DNA from: Phoronis australis
Taxonomy: Eukaryota > Animalia > Phoronida
Assembly: GCA_002633005.1 (NCBI GenBank)
Contig: NMRA01000118.1
Location: forward strand, 744,707-808,706
Length of the DNA: 64,000 bases
Direction: 5' to 3'
In this document: in pieces, positions 15,101-30,100 of the stretch
Layout: each line of letters opens with the position of its first letter
Numbering within the stretch: the stretch's first letter is position 1
The notes under the pieces: model-generated
Told to the model about the DNA's origin: nothing
What the model saw: the letters and a program-made list of their open reading frames with translations, nothing else
The model's database searches: none
Program-made: the position numbers and the translations under genes

Positions 15101-18100
15101 GTATGGCAATGCCCGCATCTCTGACAGTACTAAACGATGAACGCTGCAAGTGCTAAAAGAACATGTGTGCTGGGAAACTGAGTTTGTGCTGCAATGCTGG
15201 GTCAAACTGTACAGAAATATGCAGCTGTGACAACTGTAATAACATCAGCAACATTGACTGCATAACATTGGATAGTTCTTTGACAAGTCAAGCCTAAATA
15301 GACTTCTAACCCTGTTATTTCGTGTTTTTTGTATTAAAAAGTTAATTTTATTTGTTGATTAAGTCATAGAAAGTACATACTTTGATCATTGTCATGTATT
15401 TGTCTCATACTGCTTGATAAACGCTGTCAGAATAATCTATTATTTTCATACAGTCTGTGTGCACATTCACAGAGATCATTCAACTATATTGTTTTTGTAC
15501 TATAACGTATTTCTGGTGTATTATGCAAACAAGATGTATTTTACACCATTAGTCAATGTTTTAGTCATTGAGGCACAAATTTTACCCTGTCTCAAGTGTT
15601 TTGTGTTATTTTTGTTGCCAGACAATGCCAGAATAACTTCCTAGTAACATTCAGACTTAGTTTGCATTTTCGCCACTAGGTGTCTCTTTACATTTTGTAA
15701 ATTTCACTGTTTACAATTAATCTACAATAGTAAAACATGTAATGTGAGTTTAATATTGTTCAATACAATGGCACTGATGGGACCATATTACTTGTTTTAC
15801 AAAAAAGTCACTTAAACTGTTGTTTTTACAAATATAAGTTTACTAAGCTCTTTGGTGATTATTTGGTAACTTCAAACTCAAATTTCTCAAAAATGTGCAA
15901 CTTTATATTTGGGAACTTTTTAGATTTTGAAAACACTCTAATAAATGAATTAAAAAACACCAAAATAAAATTGCCCCCCTAAAGTACTCACAAAAACCAT
16001 TTTCTAGAGGCCCTACAAATTCTGGCCCACCGACTATGGGGTGCAATTGGAGGCAGAAGAAATACGGGAAGAAATAACATCACGTCGAAATGAGTGGATG
16101 GGACATCGTGTCGAAAACTTCGGTAATACGTCAATTTCCAGGCATGAAATAAGGCCTTAGGTAAAGATTCACCTTCGGGAAACGCCCTTGGCCACCCCTC
16201 CAAGAGAGAAACCCCTCTGGCTAAAAGGATGCTGCCCAGGTACAAAAGGGAATGTCATTTAAAAATCAATGACATTTGATCCCGTCATCGAGTCGTCCTC
16301 GATTCTTCATTGCTTTACCTTCGTTTTCACGACAGGTTTACGATTTTACAAAATTCGAGAAAAGAGAGGATGTGTTTCTTTCATATGGGAGTTCCTTGAG
16401 TGGCGGGTAAGAAAAACAGGAAAATGGATGACATTAGTGTCCCTTGTGCGATTTATGTCAAATGATATTCAATTTCATAACACAAGAACAAGAGTGACAC
16501 ATTAATACTTGGAGAAATAATATTTTCAATTTCCTAGAAACTTTCTATTTAAGAATCCAAAAAAGTTTTCTCTAGAAAATCTGTGTTCAAACTTGCTTGG
16601 AATTTTCGAAGTTTGCATAAAAAAGAGTTCGTTTTCAAGAGAGCCAGACTGAAAACATTTTAAAAATCTTGTGGCCCTATTTCGGTCTGCCAGAAACGGA
16701 ATTATTGGCACAAAACTAGATGGTTCATCCGTTTTCATAACTTAATATTGCAATTTTAAGACTTAAACAGAAGTAAATCGTCTGGCAGAAACACAAAGAA
16801 CATATGAAATCCAAAGCTCATATGTAGAACTTTGTTAAAGTTTATTACTGGTGTTTCGCTTTCTCATTCAAGAAACTTAGACTACAACAACATCGGTGAC
16901 ATCCCAGATGGATTCTTCATGGGCCAGTCGTCTTTATCTAAACTGTCCATGGTCAGGAACAGAGTCACTCGTCTACAGACAAACCTTCTAGATCCACTGA
17001 CAAATATCCAAGAGTTGTGAGTTTTTCACGAATTCTTATTCTGTAATCTAGAGTACATACAGCACTGTATGTCAATACAGTTGTGATTACACTGCTGAAC
17101 AATTAGGTTATATACACAAGTCTGTATATTTTCGAAAACTATGTTTTAACTCATTGAAAGAACATATATTCTGCAACTTGAAAGCTGTTAATTTTTTGAC
17201 ATCGTACCAATTTGCCATTAATTGGATCACGTGGCCGTTTGCTTTAGTAAAGTTTTCCGAAAAAGAAGGGGACATTCATAGGAAAACAACTTATCAAGAA
17301 ATGCTCAACATAAAATCTCCAAAACGCTGTTGCAATTTGATAAATTAGCATTTAGTTTTTGTTTTACGCAAAGTACTATGTTTGATGGTCAATAATGCAA
17401 AATGGAACCGTTTAATCGCATTTAATAGCAGCAATTTGGAGAACAATGCACAATGCATGGGATCTGAAAGTGTCACTATGATACAGGTGTACGATGATTT
17501 GAAGGTGACCTAGTTTGGCAGATTTTAGGATCGTACTTAACCATAAGATCTTTGGAATGAAAATTTCATCTGACCATCACGTCTGTTATGATTCAATAGG
17601 TTAAAGCAGCCATGGATGGTCAGGTACTTGACATATGTCCGTTTTACGAGTTATAAGGTTACTATAATATTGCGATCACAAGGAATCATGAGTTAAGGCG
17701 GTCATAAGGAGAAAGTTTATTTGTGTATCACTATGGTCATAATGGTTCAAAGCGATACTAAAGAGTCAGAACAGGCGCTTCTTCGCTAATTAAATTTTAA
17801 CAGCAGTACAGAAGTTATCACAACTGTTCAATTTTCATTGAATGTTTATGTCCTAGGTACCTCAGAGACAATGACATAACCTATATTGGAGAGGGCGCAT
17901 TTGACAAGCTCTATAGGCTGGTAAAGTTGGATTTGAGAAACAACCAGATTCTACATTTCCTACGACTTCCTGCTTTGACAAAGTTGAAGTACCTTAACCT
18001 ACAATCCAACCGGATGGAATCAACTGGATACCTCGCGTTTTCACAATTATCAGGATTGTTTGATTTGTGAGTTTGTAATCTAATCATCGACTGTTACAAA

Positions 18101-21100
18101 TACACCAGTTTGTTGAGTGCAATGATATTGTTCAATTAAGGTTTTTATGAAACCATACTAAACCACATTATAATATGTTCGTTCCGGTTTACCGTGTAAT
18201 TTGGAGGTAATTTTGTGCTCAGAAATATTGTAAATCTACAGTGAACTCAGCGAGATTTGTAGGTTTGTTTAACAAGATGGAACCACAAAGCCCCTATTTA
18301 CCGCAGAAATGCATGAGCCTAATTCCAATATTGTTTCTTTTCCATGATGATTCAGGGCAATATAATTTAGTAGCCTAGAATGACCAATTGAGGTTGAACT
18401 AGTGATATTTTAGCATCATGATAATCGAAATCTAAAATACATTGCCTACGGTGTCTTGCACAAAGGGAATTGTCGCTTTCATACCTGTTTCCCTAACCCT
18501 AAGATGATACTTGCCTGAAGTGTGGCTATTTTTGTGTTTTTCCTTTTCTAAGTGTCGTCACTGGCGGTAACGAAATATTTCTGAATAGTTGGTAACAATG
18601 ACAACACCGAAATTGTACATTAATTCCAAAGGTAAAAGTTGCTTTGAGCCTGAATCTTGTCAATAATCTTAAAAATTTAATTTAAAACATCTCGCCATAA
18701 TTAAAAAGCTATTTTTACCCATACATGTATTGTAAGCATTTGGAGGACCTTGGACGAATTAATAGTTCGTTATGCCCGAGGTCAGGTGAGCATTTATGGT
18801 TTGACATGCGTAATCTTTTCGAGCGTCATGGATCATTGCCTCAATATGGAAAACTAGTTGACCCACTTCCCATGTAACTGACTCACGGGTCCATGCCTGC
18901 TTGTTTGACTGAGAAGCAATTTGTAGTTTTTATGCGCCCACATATTGATATGTGGACGCATTATGCCGTCATCTCTGTCCGTCCGTCCGTCCGTCCGTCC
19001 GTCCGGCGTCTGGCGTCCGGCGTCCGCTGCTCTATCTCCAAAATCCTTTGACATACGTTCATGAAATTTGGCACATATGTTCCATTCATAAATGGGACGG
19101 CATGTGCGGACTTTCGGACGGATCCGACTACCGGTGTGCCCCCTAGTGGCAATTTTAGTTTTTTATGCTTACCTTTGTATCTTCAAAAGTCCTGAACGGA
19201 TTTTCATGAAATTTGGTATGTAGGCACCTATTAGTGAGATGACGCTATCCTCCCGTTTTCAGATGGATTCGAAATAGTTTGCGCCACCTAGTGGCCATTT
19301 TTAGTGTTTTCGAGTCTGTTTTTGTGCGTCCACCCCTCTATCAACCAAACCGCTCAAAGGATGATTGTGAAAATTGGCATGTATATGCTTACTATGTAGA
19401 GGACGGTTGACGATGATTTTCCGANNNNNNNNNNNNNNNNNNNNNNNNNNNNNNNNNNNNNNNNNNNNNNNNNNNNNNNNNNNNNNNNNNNNNNNNNNNN
19501 NNNNNNNNNNNNNNNNNNNNNNNNNNNNNNNNNNNNNNNNNNNNNNNNNNNNNNNNNNNNNNNNNNNNNNNNNNNNNNNNNNNNNNNNNNNNNNNNNNNN
19601 NNNNNNNNNNNNNNNNNNNNNNNNNNNNNNNNNNNNNNNNNNNNNNNNNNNNNNNNNNNNNNNNNNNNNNNNNNNNNNNNNNNNNNNNNNNNNNNNNNNN
19701 NNNNNNNNNNNNNNNNNNNNNNNNNNNNNNNNNNNNNNNNNNNNNNNNNNNNNNNNNNNNNNNNNNNNNNNNNNNNNNNNNNNNNNNNNNNNNGTCGTTA
19801 AAGCCTCACATCAGTCGCCGAATTTCTGCTTCCCAAATGTAGTAAACTGAAACTTCGTAGCACCAGAAGCACCACATTTCACATCTCAAAAAGCTGCAAA
19901 TGTTTTAACCAGCATCTTTAATGCCGTGCTGTTTTCTTTTCACCTTAAATACGACTGGAAATGTTTCAGGTGGCAAATTGTACCTGTTATAAGTCGGTAC
20001 TGTCCAGGTAAAATGAGACTCCGTGTTTTACAGCTGCTTTTGAAGTTAAAGCCTCCGCAATCGCTCCGTACGAAATTAACCTTAAGTGGGTTCGGACAGA
20101 ATTTCTTTATCCTAGTGGTAGCAGGAATAATGGAAGAGAAAACTGGTGAGTAATCGCTTAGAAGGGCTGTGGGGAAACAACACTGTTAAAACAGTTAATT
20201 CTTTCGAACTGATGACACAACACCTAAGGTTGCAGGCTGCTTGGTGCCACTCCGATCTAAAACCAACGGAGGTAAAAAAAAAACGGTTGTCCTTGGAGGT
20301 AGACAGTATCGCTGACAACTGGGTGGAGTCTGCTGTCACGAACTCGGTCAACGTGTCGGTGCCTTTAAAGAAAGTGTTAAGAGTTGACACGTCGTTCGGA
20401 ACGATTGTGCTTCGCTTGTTGTCCCTTCCTGGCCTCCACTTTATGTACGTCTTTTAGAGTCCCATTTATATGCGCATATTTACGTATGGTGTTTATTTTG
20501 CCAAATAAATACAAATGTACTTGTGTGTAAAGCTACACTCGGGTGTATTATTACACCACCTCTATAGGTCGTGTACACGTGAATTTACGCTCGTGCAAAT
20601 ATACTTCTTGCGCATGTGAACGCGCTTTAAATTTACGCATGGGTGTGTAAGCAAGATCGCTCCACCAATACCTTTACAAAATTATTTGTTTGTCTCATCT
20701 TTTCTTAAGGCAACACCGCTTCCCTCTAAAAACCTCCGAAAGTTAGCAGCATGTGTGGTTTGGTATGGTGTTTTAATAAATGCTGCTTCTGTTTCTTATG
20801 TCACGGTTTCAGTGGATTTGCACCATCCCTAAGAGGTGCAATAGGCTTACATGTACATGGATTTTGTCATTTACATTGACGTCTACGTCATCTAATGAAG
20901 ATTCGAGTTCTAAATACCCCGGCCACGCTCACAAATATCCAGGGACTTTAATATGGATATTAATTGGCCAGCGATAATCGTCGATACTGTATTCAGATGC
21001 ACGTACCGAGTTAATCGATTTTTGCAAGCAGGGCCATAGAATATAATAAACAGTTTTGCCTATCAAAGTATAAAACGCTTTTTAAGTGAACACTTCCAAA

Positions 21101-24100
21101 AGTCAGTGATCCCAGATTTATGCAGAACACTTAAACGTAACCGAAACGATGTAAGAATCATCAAATGGGTTCATTACAACTGGGTTTACTGTGCATGCGT
21201 CAAAATTGAAATGACTAGCTGTTTGACTGATTTAGAAAGTAGTAAGCCCTTAATATTATCTTCACCACGTTAGACTTGTGCTATAAGCAGCACAAAGGGC
21301 ACGAAATGTGCTGTCAGGAGTCGCTCCTTCATGTGTTCATCCACGTGGATAATCGACATAAGCCTAAATGACAAATTTATGTCATGTTTGACCAAGCACA
21401 AGACGCCCAAATGTAGGCCTACTTTGCATTTCAAGAATGTTATCACTTTCAGGACGTACCATGTAACTTGTAGAAGTAGCCGTGCACCAGCTTTGAAAGG
21501 ATACGTCAACCACACCGATGGACCAAGTGCCGACAGAAACGTATCTTTCCAGTTCAATCAATCCGACGGTGTGTTGTCTGGTGAAACCTATGGATGCTAT
21601 GTCCAACTGACCTTCAACAGATTCACCAGCGCTCACAGCCCTGTAGCGTATGTGACAACATTGTTTACCGGTTGGTCTTTAGAACATTGCTTTGAAAAAC
21701 ACACCTCTTGTCCGATATGCAAAGTTGATGAGCTGTTTTCGGTAAAACTAATTAACCAAAAGAAAATGCTTTTGTTCATTTGTAATTTACTTTACATTCT
21801 ATGATACCGAAACCTACGCTTTTCACTTCTTACTGCAACATTTTCCTTCCGTCACAGACCACAAACATACATGTACTCGATGAAGGTTTCCTCCAGTGGG
21901 GAGCGAAACACATGTGAGCGCGACCCTGCCACCCTCTAGTCGACCCCCGTTTCGAATCCGCCAACACCCCGGGGTCGACAGCACCTTTCTTCCTCCCATT
22001 CACAATCGGCACCAGTTTAACCTAAATATGCTCTCCCGCTGATACCAATTATTCCCCAGAAAACAATTTCACCACGTTTCAGTGCCTTTGGTCGCTTTAG
22101 CAGTCCCGCAGGATTCTATCCGTTATGGTGTGGGAGGAGGAACCAACTAATTCGGATTTGACAATATCTGTATCTGTGGTACTAGATCGCCGTCACCCCC
22201 CACGACATCCTCCCCATGGCCACCAATTTTGCGCACCCTCGCCACAGACTTTGAAGTTTGGCGACAAACCTCTAGGAGGCAGCAACCAGCAACTTGGGAA
22301 CTCGTGTTTTATAAAGAAAATAGATAACGTGAAAAGGATACCGTTTAGTCCTGCATACTGTATTTCCGCTAAGGTATGATGTTAACATTAGGGAGGTATT
22401 TTTAGATATAATCTGATGAGGGTGCCCAAAAGATGCACTGTCGAAGTCATTCTTTAGGTTGCAAAAAAGATTACCGCGGGCTTTGAAATTTAGACAAATA
22501 CGGGTAGAAACAGAGTCACATTGGAATGTGTTGGTGGAATATCGTAACTGAAACTTCGTCTGTTTCCGGGAGTGATAATGAATCCTAAGACCAAGCATAC
22601 AATCAAAAGATAGCAACCCAGCCTAAAAGATGGGGGTTCGATTATTTGAGTCAGAATGTTGACCTTTTCCTAAAGGGTGGGGACGTTCACTGTTATGAAT
22701 TCTGCATTTGCCGAGTTTTGGTAGATCCTGCCTTTTTAATGGACTTTTCTCTCGTTTTCCACTTTTTCGGACTGGATGTATTGATCCTGATGTAATTTGA
22801 ACTAAAATTAGACTGTGGTAATTTCCAAGATGTTGAAGTTAGCATTATCCAACAAAAATCAGTCCATAGCAAATTTTCTCGGGATTTTTCGAAGTAAGTA
22901 CGAAAATGGGCTCGATCCACACTACAAAGTTTTACGAATTTGAGTCCCAAAACAAGAAGGTCCTGGCCAGGGTCCGCAGAGGGTTAATCAAGCACTGGTA
23001 CATGTAGTTAACGAATAGTCTCCATTCTACATGCGTCTTCTTCTCTCGACTGTCCCAACACCCCCCAAAAACGCCTTTGGTGGTTCCTACGACTAAATAT
23101 TGCAACCTCACTTGTTTTTTAGGACAAAAACATGTATTTACCATGTTAAACGCGTCTATTAAACTATTCATCATGCAACTTCCACTAATGTTCAGCCTTG
23201 CCTCCTGCTGTCCATGGGGAAGAATGTTTCATAGTCTGCAACAAATTTGAACAAGTCACTGTGGCCCTCGTCACACTTAAAAACTTTCGGTCGCTAATCA
23301 TTTTGTTATCAAATATCTCGTCGCAATCACTTCTCTGATGATTCCTCTTATCTTCCAGTCCCAGTGGGCAATGCTACATTGGACGGCTTTGTCCTAGACA
23401 TCGTTTACTACGATTTTTCGGATATTGATGTCGATTTTGTGGGGACCAAGACAGATAGCATCCATCGACCGACCTACGTCCCAAGCCCTTATGGCTCGTG
23501 GTTACGCATATCCGATAATCCGAGAGCCGATTCCTTCTCAGACTGGTTTCGTCTCGTACCATCAAGGAACGTTGCTATTGCAGGCAATATATCATTGAAG
23601 GTTCAACCAAAAGCTCTAGTTAACCGTACGCACGGGTAAGCAGACTTACTATCGTGTGACTTTGTTGGAAAAAAAGACCCAGTCACTAATCCGCTATCGT
23701 AGTTTTCAGGCCAATAGGATGATTTTTGAAAAATGTCCACGATAAGTTTCTCGTACAGTTTGACGCGATTTCGAGGCAAACAATGTCTACCAATTTTCAA
23801 AAGGATACTGTTTTATGTCGTTTGTTTTTGTTTTGCGTTTTCGCCATTAACTTCGTGAAAGCAAGAAAATGTCCCCGAACTTCGCATTTAAACTGCTGTA
23901 TTACCGTTTTCAACTGTCCCTTGATACTTTCAGGTATAGGTACCAAGAAATGTCGTTTTACCCTGTAGACGGTAAAGGGTTTGGATCAAGCAAATCAGCT
24001 GATATTAATGCTGGAGAACATAACTTTGGGTAATTTGCTAAACTACCATGAATAACTCTTGAATAAAGTTAATTCTTGATTTAGAAATTTCATTTGAGTA

Positions 24101-27100
24101 AAACGTCTCTTGACTGGGTACAGTACTTCATCAGACAGGGAGATGTTTGTAGGCTTGGAGACTTAAGCTGGCATGTACACCTTTTTAGGGAAAGAAGGTT
24201 TTAAAGCATTCTTGGTGTCTGTCCTCAGTGGTACATAACATTAGCTATAAATTGGTATTCTTGTAATATAATTGGTGGATTGTATGTAGCATGTGCTCCT
24301 GCACTTAACTGCCACACACAGCGAAGATGGCCGGAAGAATGTATTGCATGCTGAATACAACTGTATGTACCTTATATCGCTTTACCATAGGTTTACATTT
24401 GCCATCCGAGCCGCTTTTACCTATACCGGGGAAGGTTCAATAGCTGTCGGTGGTGGCGACGAATTGTGGCTCTACCTCAATGGGATCTTAGTCCTAGAAG
24501 TGACCAATTCTACCTCTAATCTATGCAAGAAGATTGATATCACGGCAGCAAAGAATAAAGGTACCTTTTGGCAATTAGTGACCCGTGAAAGCAGTTTTCG
24601 TGCACTGCAGCCCTGAATAGCATTCGATGTCATTTCAAATTTCATTGCACCGCCATGTTTTCCCCGTGGATGGGTGGGTGCAGGTTGTTGCCGACTGGTG
24701 CTTATAGCTTTCGGTGCGACGATAGACTTAAGACTGGTTCGAATAAAATCACCTTACCGTACGCTCACAAGCCTAGTGCTCAAACAAAGTGTCCGACGCA
24801 CTTTCTGTTCTATGCTCCAGCCAATGCTGGGAAACCTTGACTTGTGACAAACTGCTGAGACATTTACAGCAACTGTTACACTCGTTGAATCAAGTTCTTG
24901 CTGTCTTTATAGCTGGCTATCTATTGACTAACTGAACGTTGTACTGAACTGCTGAGTCTCTTCACTGAAACTTTAGCTGTAAGTGTATCTTCAAATTTAA
25001 CTCAACTTCAACTTCAAGTGAATTTTAAAATTGGTTTCTACTGACTCTCACTAACTCGTGCCTGGGTAGGCCTACTTACTGTCTTGCTTCTTAGTTCAAG
25101 TGACCACACTCATTTCAGAGTATTATGCCGCTGTATAAAAATGATGAAGAACAAAGACAAAAAAAACTATAACAAGTTTAAAAGTATATACATAGTGGAC
25201 ATCACTTAAGAGATCGGTTAACAGAGGTAGATCGTTTACAGATAGGGCAAGCAGTACGTGTAGGTGGGATGTCCAGATGAAGTTCCCAATTACGTTACTT
25301 CAGGAAGGCAGATACTTCACTGACAAAGCTGCAGTCTCATACAATGCTCTAGGACTTTTTATTAATTCAGGCACATCCTAGAACTTTCTGGAAGCTACCC
25401 AACCATTTTACAAACCTGTCAGCTCTAGAATGTTCCAAGCCACAGTTCTAGATTAATCACAAATAAAATTAGAATACTCTTGAATCTTCTCTACAATTCT
25501 AATGTATTAAACAAATTACATCATTGGGCCCCTTGGCATGACGTTACATGTATGTGTCACGTCAGTCAAATGGTATATACAGTGTACTAACAGGAAGTCA
25601 TTACCTCCTGCAAACAAACAGAACACCAAAACAAAGCTATGTCAGTGTCAGTCTAATTTTGATATGCAGCGAACGCGTGTCTTGTTTTACGACGTTCCCG
25701 TCTTTTTTCAGGAGGCGCCACGTTGACTCCACAGAAGGGCACTATAATTTCCGGTGATTGCGCATTACTCACGAATGTCGACGTTGAAAACGTGACCTTG
25801 GAATTAACGGTATATCTTAAAATTAATTTGTCGCTGAATAATTTTGAAATAGCGAGTACTCCTTTGCGGATTCTGAGTACAATGCATGTAGTAAAACTCA
25901 GGCTCCGAGCAAACTAACAAAGCTTTACTCGAACCATACGGTATGATTGATTGAATTCCGAGTCTCAATCTGAGTCGAGTCACTCTGTGTTTGGTATCCT
26001 GGGCTACAACGGTGTCGAAAATGGTGTAACCATGGACAGGGAGAGAGATCGGACGTCAAGTTTAAATAATGCGAGGCGGCACGCGGCTGACGCATTCTCC
26101 GTGGAATTGCACCGAAAATAAGAATGCTTAGCGTAAGCGATTTATGGCATTTCAGTTTAAAAAGTTGATTAAAAACGAATTAGCCGACGAAGCACCTGTC
26201 GCAGGCGACTGATAAGAAATTTGGTAATTTTTTTGTCAAAGGTTTTGAATACATGCCGAATTTGTAAGTCATTTACATTGTAGTATCAACAGTAAATTGA
26301 CAGTATTATACACAACATATTTGCAAGTAGACGCATTCAATGCTCGCCTGGAGAAGAGGTAAATTAAAATCAACTTTCAGTGCAATTAGCCGCACAAAAT
26401 AAGGCAAACAGCTTATTATTTAAAATGACTTATTCTTATTAAAATGACAGGCCTCAAAAGCAAGGCCACCTATATTAATATAGAAAGGCCCCGCCGAAAG
26501 GTGGCCGATGAGCGGGACCCATGTACATGTATTAATATAGAGGGGCCCGCCGAAAGGCAGTCAGAGAGTGGGGCACTCTATAATAATATAGAGGGTCCCG
26601 CTCTCCGGCCGCCTTTCAGCGAGGCTGCCTGTATTATTATAGGAGGCCTCGCTGAAATGCGATCGAAAAGCAAGGCCACTATATTAATACAGGGAAGGCA
26701 GCTGGAGACCAGGGCCCCCTATGGACCCCGCTCTCCGGCCGTCTTCTGACGAGGCTTCCTATATTAATATGAGTGACCTCGCCCAGTAGTATATCTTGCG
26801 CGTCCTGGCGACCGGAGACAGTGATCTACCTACCCATCTCAAGAAGTAACGGAAGGGCAAGAAGGCAGAGTTTTTAAGAGCTGTCAAAGATAAGGTTTTG
26901 CGCAAAAACTCAATTTCTACTCTCCATTTCCTAGCTTTAATTTAACAGATTGTTTATACTAAACGGGCCTAAACCAACTAAAATGGTGATTTACAAGTAC
27001 ATGTACGTTGTGTAGGAATATATTCCAGTCATTCTACGGATAAACCTGAAATAATTGCAAGAGAAGGTTTTATTGCTTAAATCGTATCCTTTCACACCCC

Positions 27101-30100
27101 TTAGTGTGAGAAAAAATGTCTGCCGAAATCGGGGTGGCGGAAGTTGTTTTTTCCAGTTGGCGGACAAAACAGCCTCCAGATTTGCATATGACCATTATAA
27201 CGCGAGGGTGGAATTTGATAGAATAAAAATACAACCAATCTATTGAAAATAGTTTAGTTTTTCATGTCTGCGGTGGCACCATCCACCATTTTCCAAGATG
27301 GCGCCAAAACTACTTCGAGTCTCACAACTTCGCACGAACAGATTAGTGTTTCGTCTTGATTCAAACATTACATCATAGGTTTTCTGGGTCGACTAATCCA
27401 TTGAGACTCATTGGGGTTGTCTCTAATGATAACTTACGCCATTTTCTAATAAAGCCACCAAGTAGTTGCTTCATGTAAGAACTTCAGATTTCAGAGACAC
27501 GCCATCTTCACAGATTTCATATTCTGAGTTTCATACATCAACATGTCCATTAAAACTATTTTTGTGTGGCTCTGATTTATACGACTACCATTTTGAAAAT
27601 TGTTAAACAATTACTAACTTATTTGGGTGAATTTATCAGGCTCGCCAGGAAAAATGTGCTGTGTCGAAAAGAAATCTCTACGATTAAAGCAGTAATCTAC
27701 GTTCCACACAAATGGAAAATTTGTGTCACCTCCAGTTAGTTGTAAATGCTAGTGAATACAGCAATGTTTGAGACAGGAGAAAGGTTTGGCAAGGTATGTT
27801 TAGCAAGTTAAACAGTTTAAAAGCGCTTGAACAGCTCCCTCTAGGCTTCGCTTTAGTGGTGTTACACGTGTGTCCAAAGCAGTAATTCTCAGTCTGTGAT
27901 CAAAATCCACACACAATCAACAAGTATTTACACAACTAATCTCTTTCATCTGAGAATGAATTGCTGCAGCTTATATCACTGCATTCTCCACATGCAACCG
28001 AGCACGGCAATTCTAGCTTCTTGTGAGTACATGTACATCTCTTGGAACTGCAGTTGGTTTTGCACGAGTATCTTACTATCAGCAGGTTCTCTGGTGCTGC
28101 TGGCTGGTCGGTCGTCTTGGGAATAGGTTTTCCACCTGTCAGCATCCATTCTTAATCCAGTGGGTATAAGTCACCGCCACAGAAACTTGACCACTGTTGC
28201 TCTTGTCCTGCCAGCACGGAATCTACCTGCTGAAGCAGTTGGTGGTAATGACTGTATTTGGAGTGGGCTACGCTTGATGACACCTTTTCCACTTATTGCC
28301 TGCATTGCTAGTCATTTAAATTTCCTGAGCCAGTATCGCCATAATGCACAAATCTTTTACCAGCTTCAAATATGTCTTGCTTCATCTGCATCAGGTCAGG
28401 TGAAGACTGACCTTTTCGTAGAATTCTCGATCACGCAGTTTCTTGAATGAGAGAGCCTTTCCAATATCAAACAGTCGTGTTGTTGTATCGCAACATGCAC
28501 CTATTTCATGCGCAAACAGCAAAAGCGCTCAGGTTTTGGCACCAAGAGACAACTGTAGTTTATTGATGTCCCAAACTTTCCTCGTTTTGGTGCCCCATGT
28601 CAGATCATGAATATTGGAAATTGCTGTGAAGTAGCATTGTAACACGAAAGAACCAACAAGTCTGTATCGTCTGCAATTAGGGTAGTAGGACCTTGTGCTG
28701 CATTCTGTACTTCTGTTTCTACAATTAAACCTTCAGCTTGTACCACTATGCAACCAACATTTCGAGAAGAAGTGAACGATTCTTTGTTTGTTTTTGCTGT
28801 TTGCCAAAAAAGTGAACTTTCTTCTTTGACTCGATAACTACATGTATGTCACCATTGAAGTGAACTTCAGCTCCAACCAACCCATAGAGACATCTTTAGA
28901 AAATGGGCCATCTCTACAACCATCAAAAACAACTTTAAGCTGGGTTTATTTGCTGACGTAATCCACATAAATTCTACCAACTGACTGAAATGTTGCACCT
29001 CTAGGTCATAGAATGAAGTGAAGGAGAGATCCGCTGTCGATTGCATGCATCAACGTGTTTTCTGGAAATTGGTAATCCTCAGGTAGGTCGTGCTCCACTA
29101 GACCAGAGTGCATCAGCTCAGTGACTCTGGGAAGACAAGATGTATCAAAAAGAGCGAAGGAACCAACACACAGCTCAACCTTCAAACATTCACTGTTGTC
29201 TTTTGTGGCTGTCAGTAATCGCTGAAACAGCAGTTGTGGATCCACTTGTGTAAAATCACTATTGGCAACATGAACTAGTGGACTTGCCATTGCCACAACA
29301 TTGTTTTTCTTTCTGAATCTGAGGTCTGTCACACTCGGCCTCTCTAAAGACAAGAGAATTGCGTTCCCCGCTTCTCTGGCATTTGCGGCATTGACGCGTG
29401 TGCATGCAGTCACAACAGTTGCGATGTTCTGTAATCCCTTTCAAATGGGTTTCTGTTGTGAAGGCTCTCAACAAGGCTGAGGGTGTCTTTGTCATCCCGC
29501 CACTGTCTTGCCAGGGTAGATTCTTTAGCTGCTCACTTGTTTCGCGACTCAAGTTTGTCATACTCTGCATGGCACCATTTATACTTGAGCATGCATGCCT
29601 ACATGGAAAGCATACGCAGTGCATGCTGCGTATCTCCCATCTCGCAACCTCTATTCCAACTTCGTGTTGATTTAATGGTTTTCATGAGCGTTTGTTCAAT
29701 TACAAGGTCAGATGAAAAGCCTGCCCAGAATCAGTCACTTGGTCTTATGGCATGGTGGCCGTTAATAAAGGTGTTGTAGACGTCTGGATGGGTGTCATTG
29801 CGTTGCTGCATCTGCTGCAAGTACATGTATGCAGATTTTACATATGAGTTTTGATCAGCAGCTGCAACGTTAGGCAGCATATTAGAAACTACTCTGTTTC
29901 CAGTCTGACGTTATTTCTGCTTTTAGAAAAAGTCGAACGATGTTATCCATTTTCTTATAATGTAGCCAGAGACTGCTGGTTCGACTTTGCAAAGACAAGT
30001 CCGATTTATGTGCTTCGTTTTTCATGGATTCCTACAAGACACTCCGACAAGCATACATCGCCGCACATAGACGTCATGCCAGCAATAATATCATCATACA

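Noticed and set aside
19374-19850. 158-aa ORF
   Set aside because: Artefact of reading through the N gap.
20780-20977. Candidate for the missing LRRCT exon (Cys-containing ORF)
   Set aside because: It lies after the first FN3 exon, lacks the NPxxCxC pattern and is not needed, because 20145 splices in frame to 21453.
26455-26775. Repeat-spacer pattern and a 101-aa ORF
   Set aside because: The apparent spacers are related to each other. It is a degenerate minisatellite and the ORF is a by-product.
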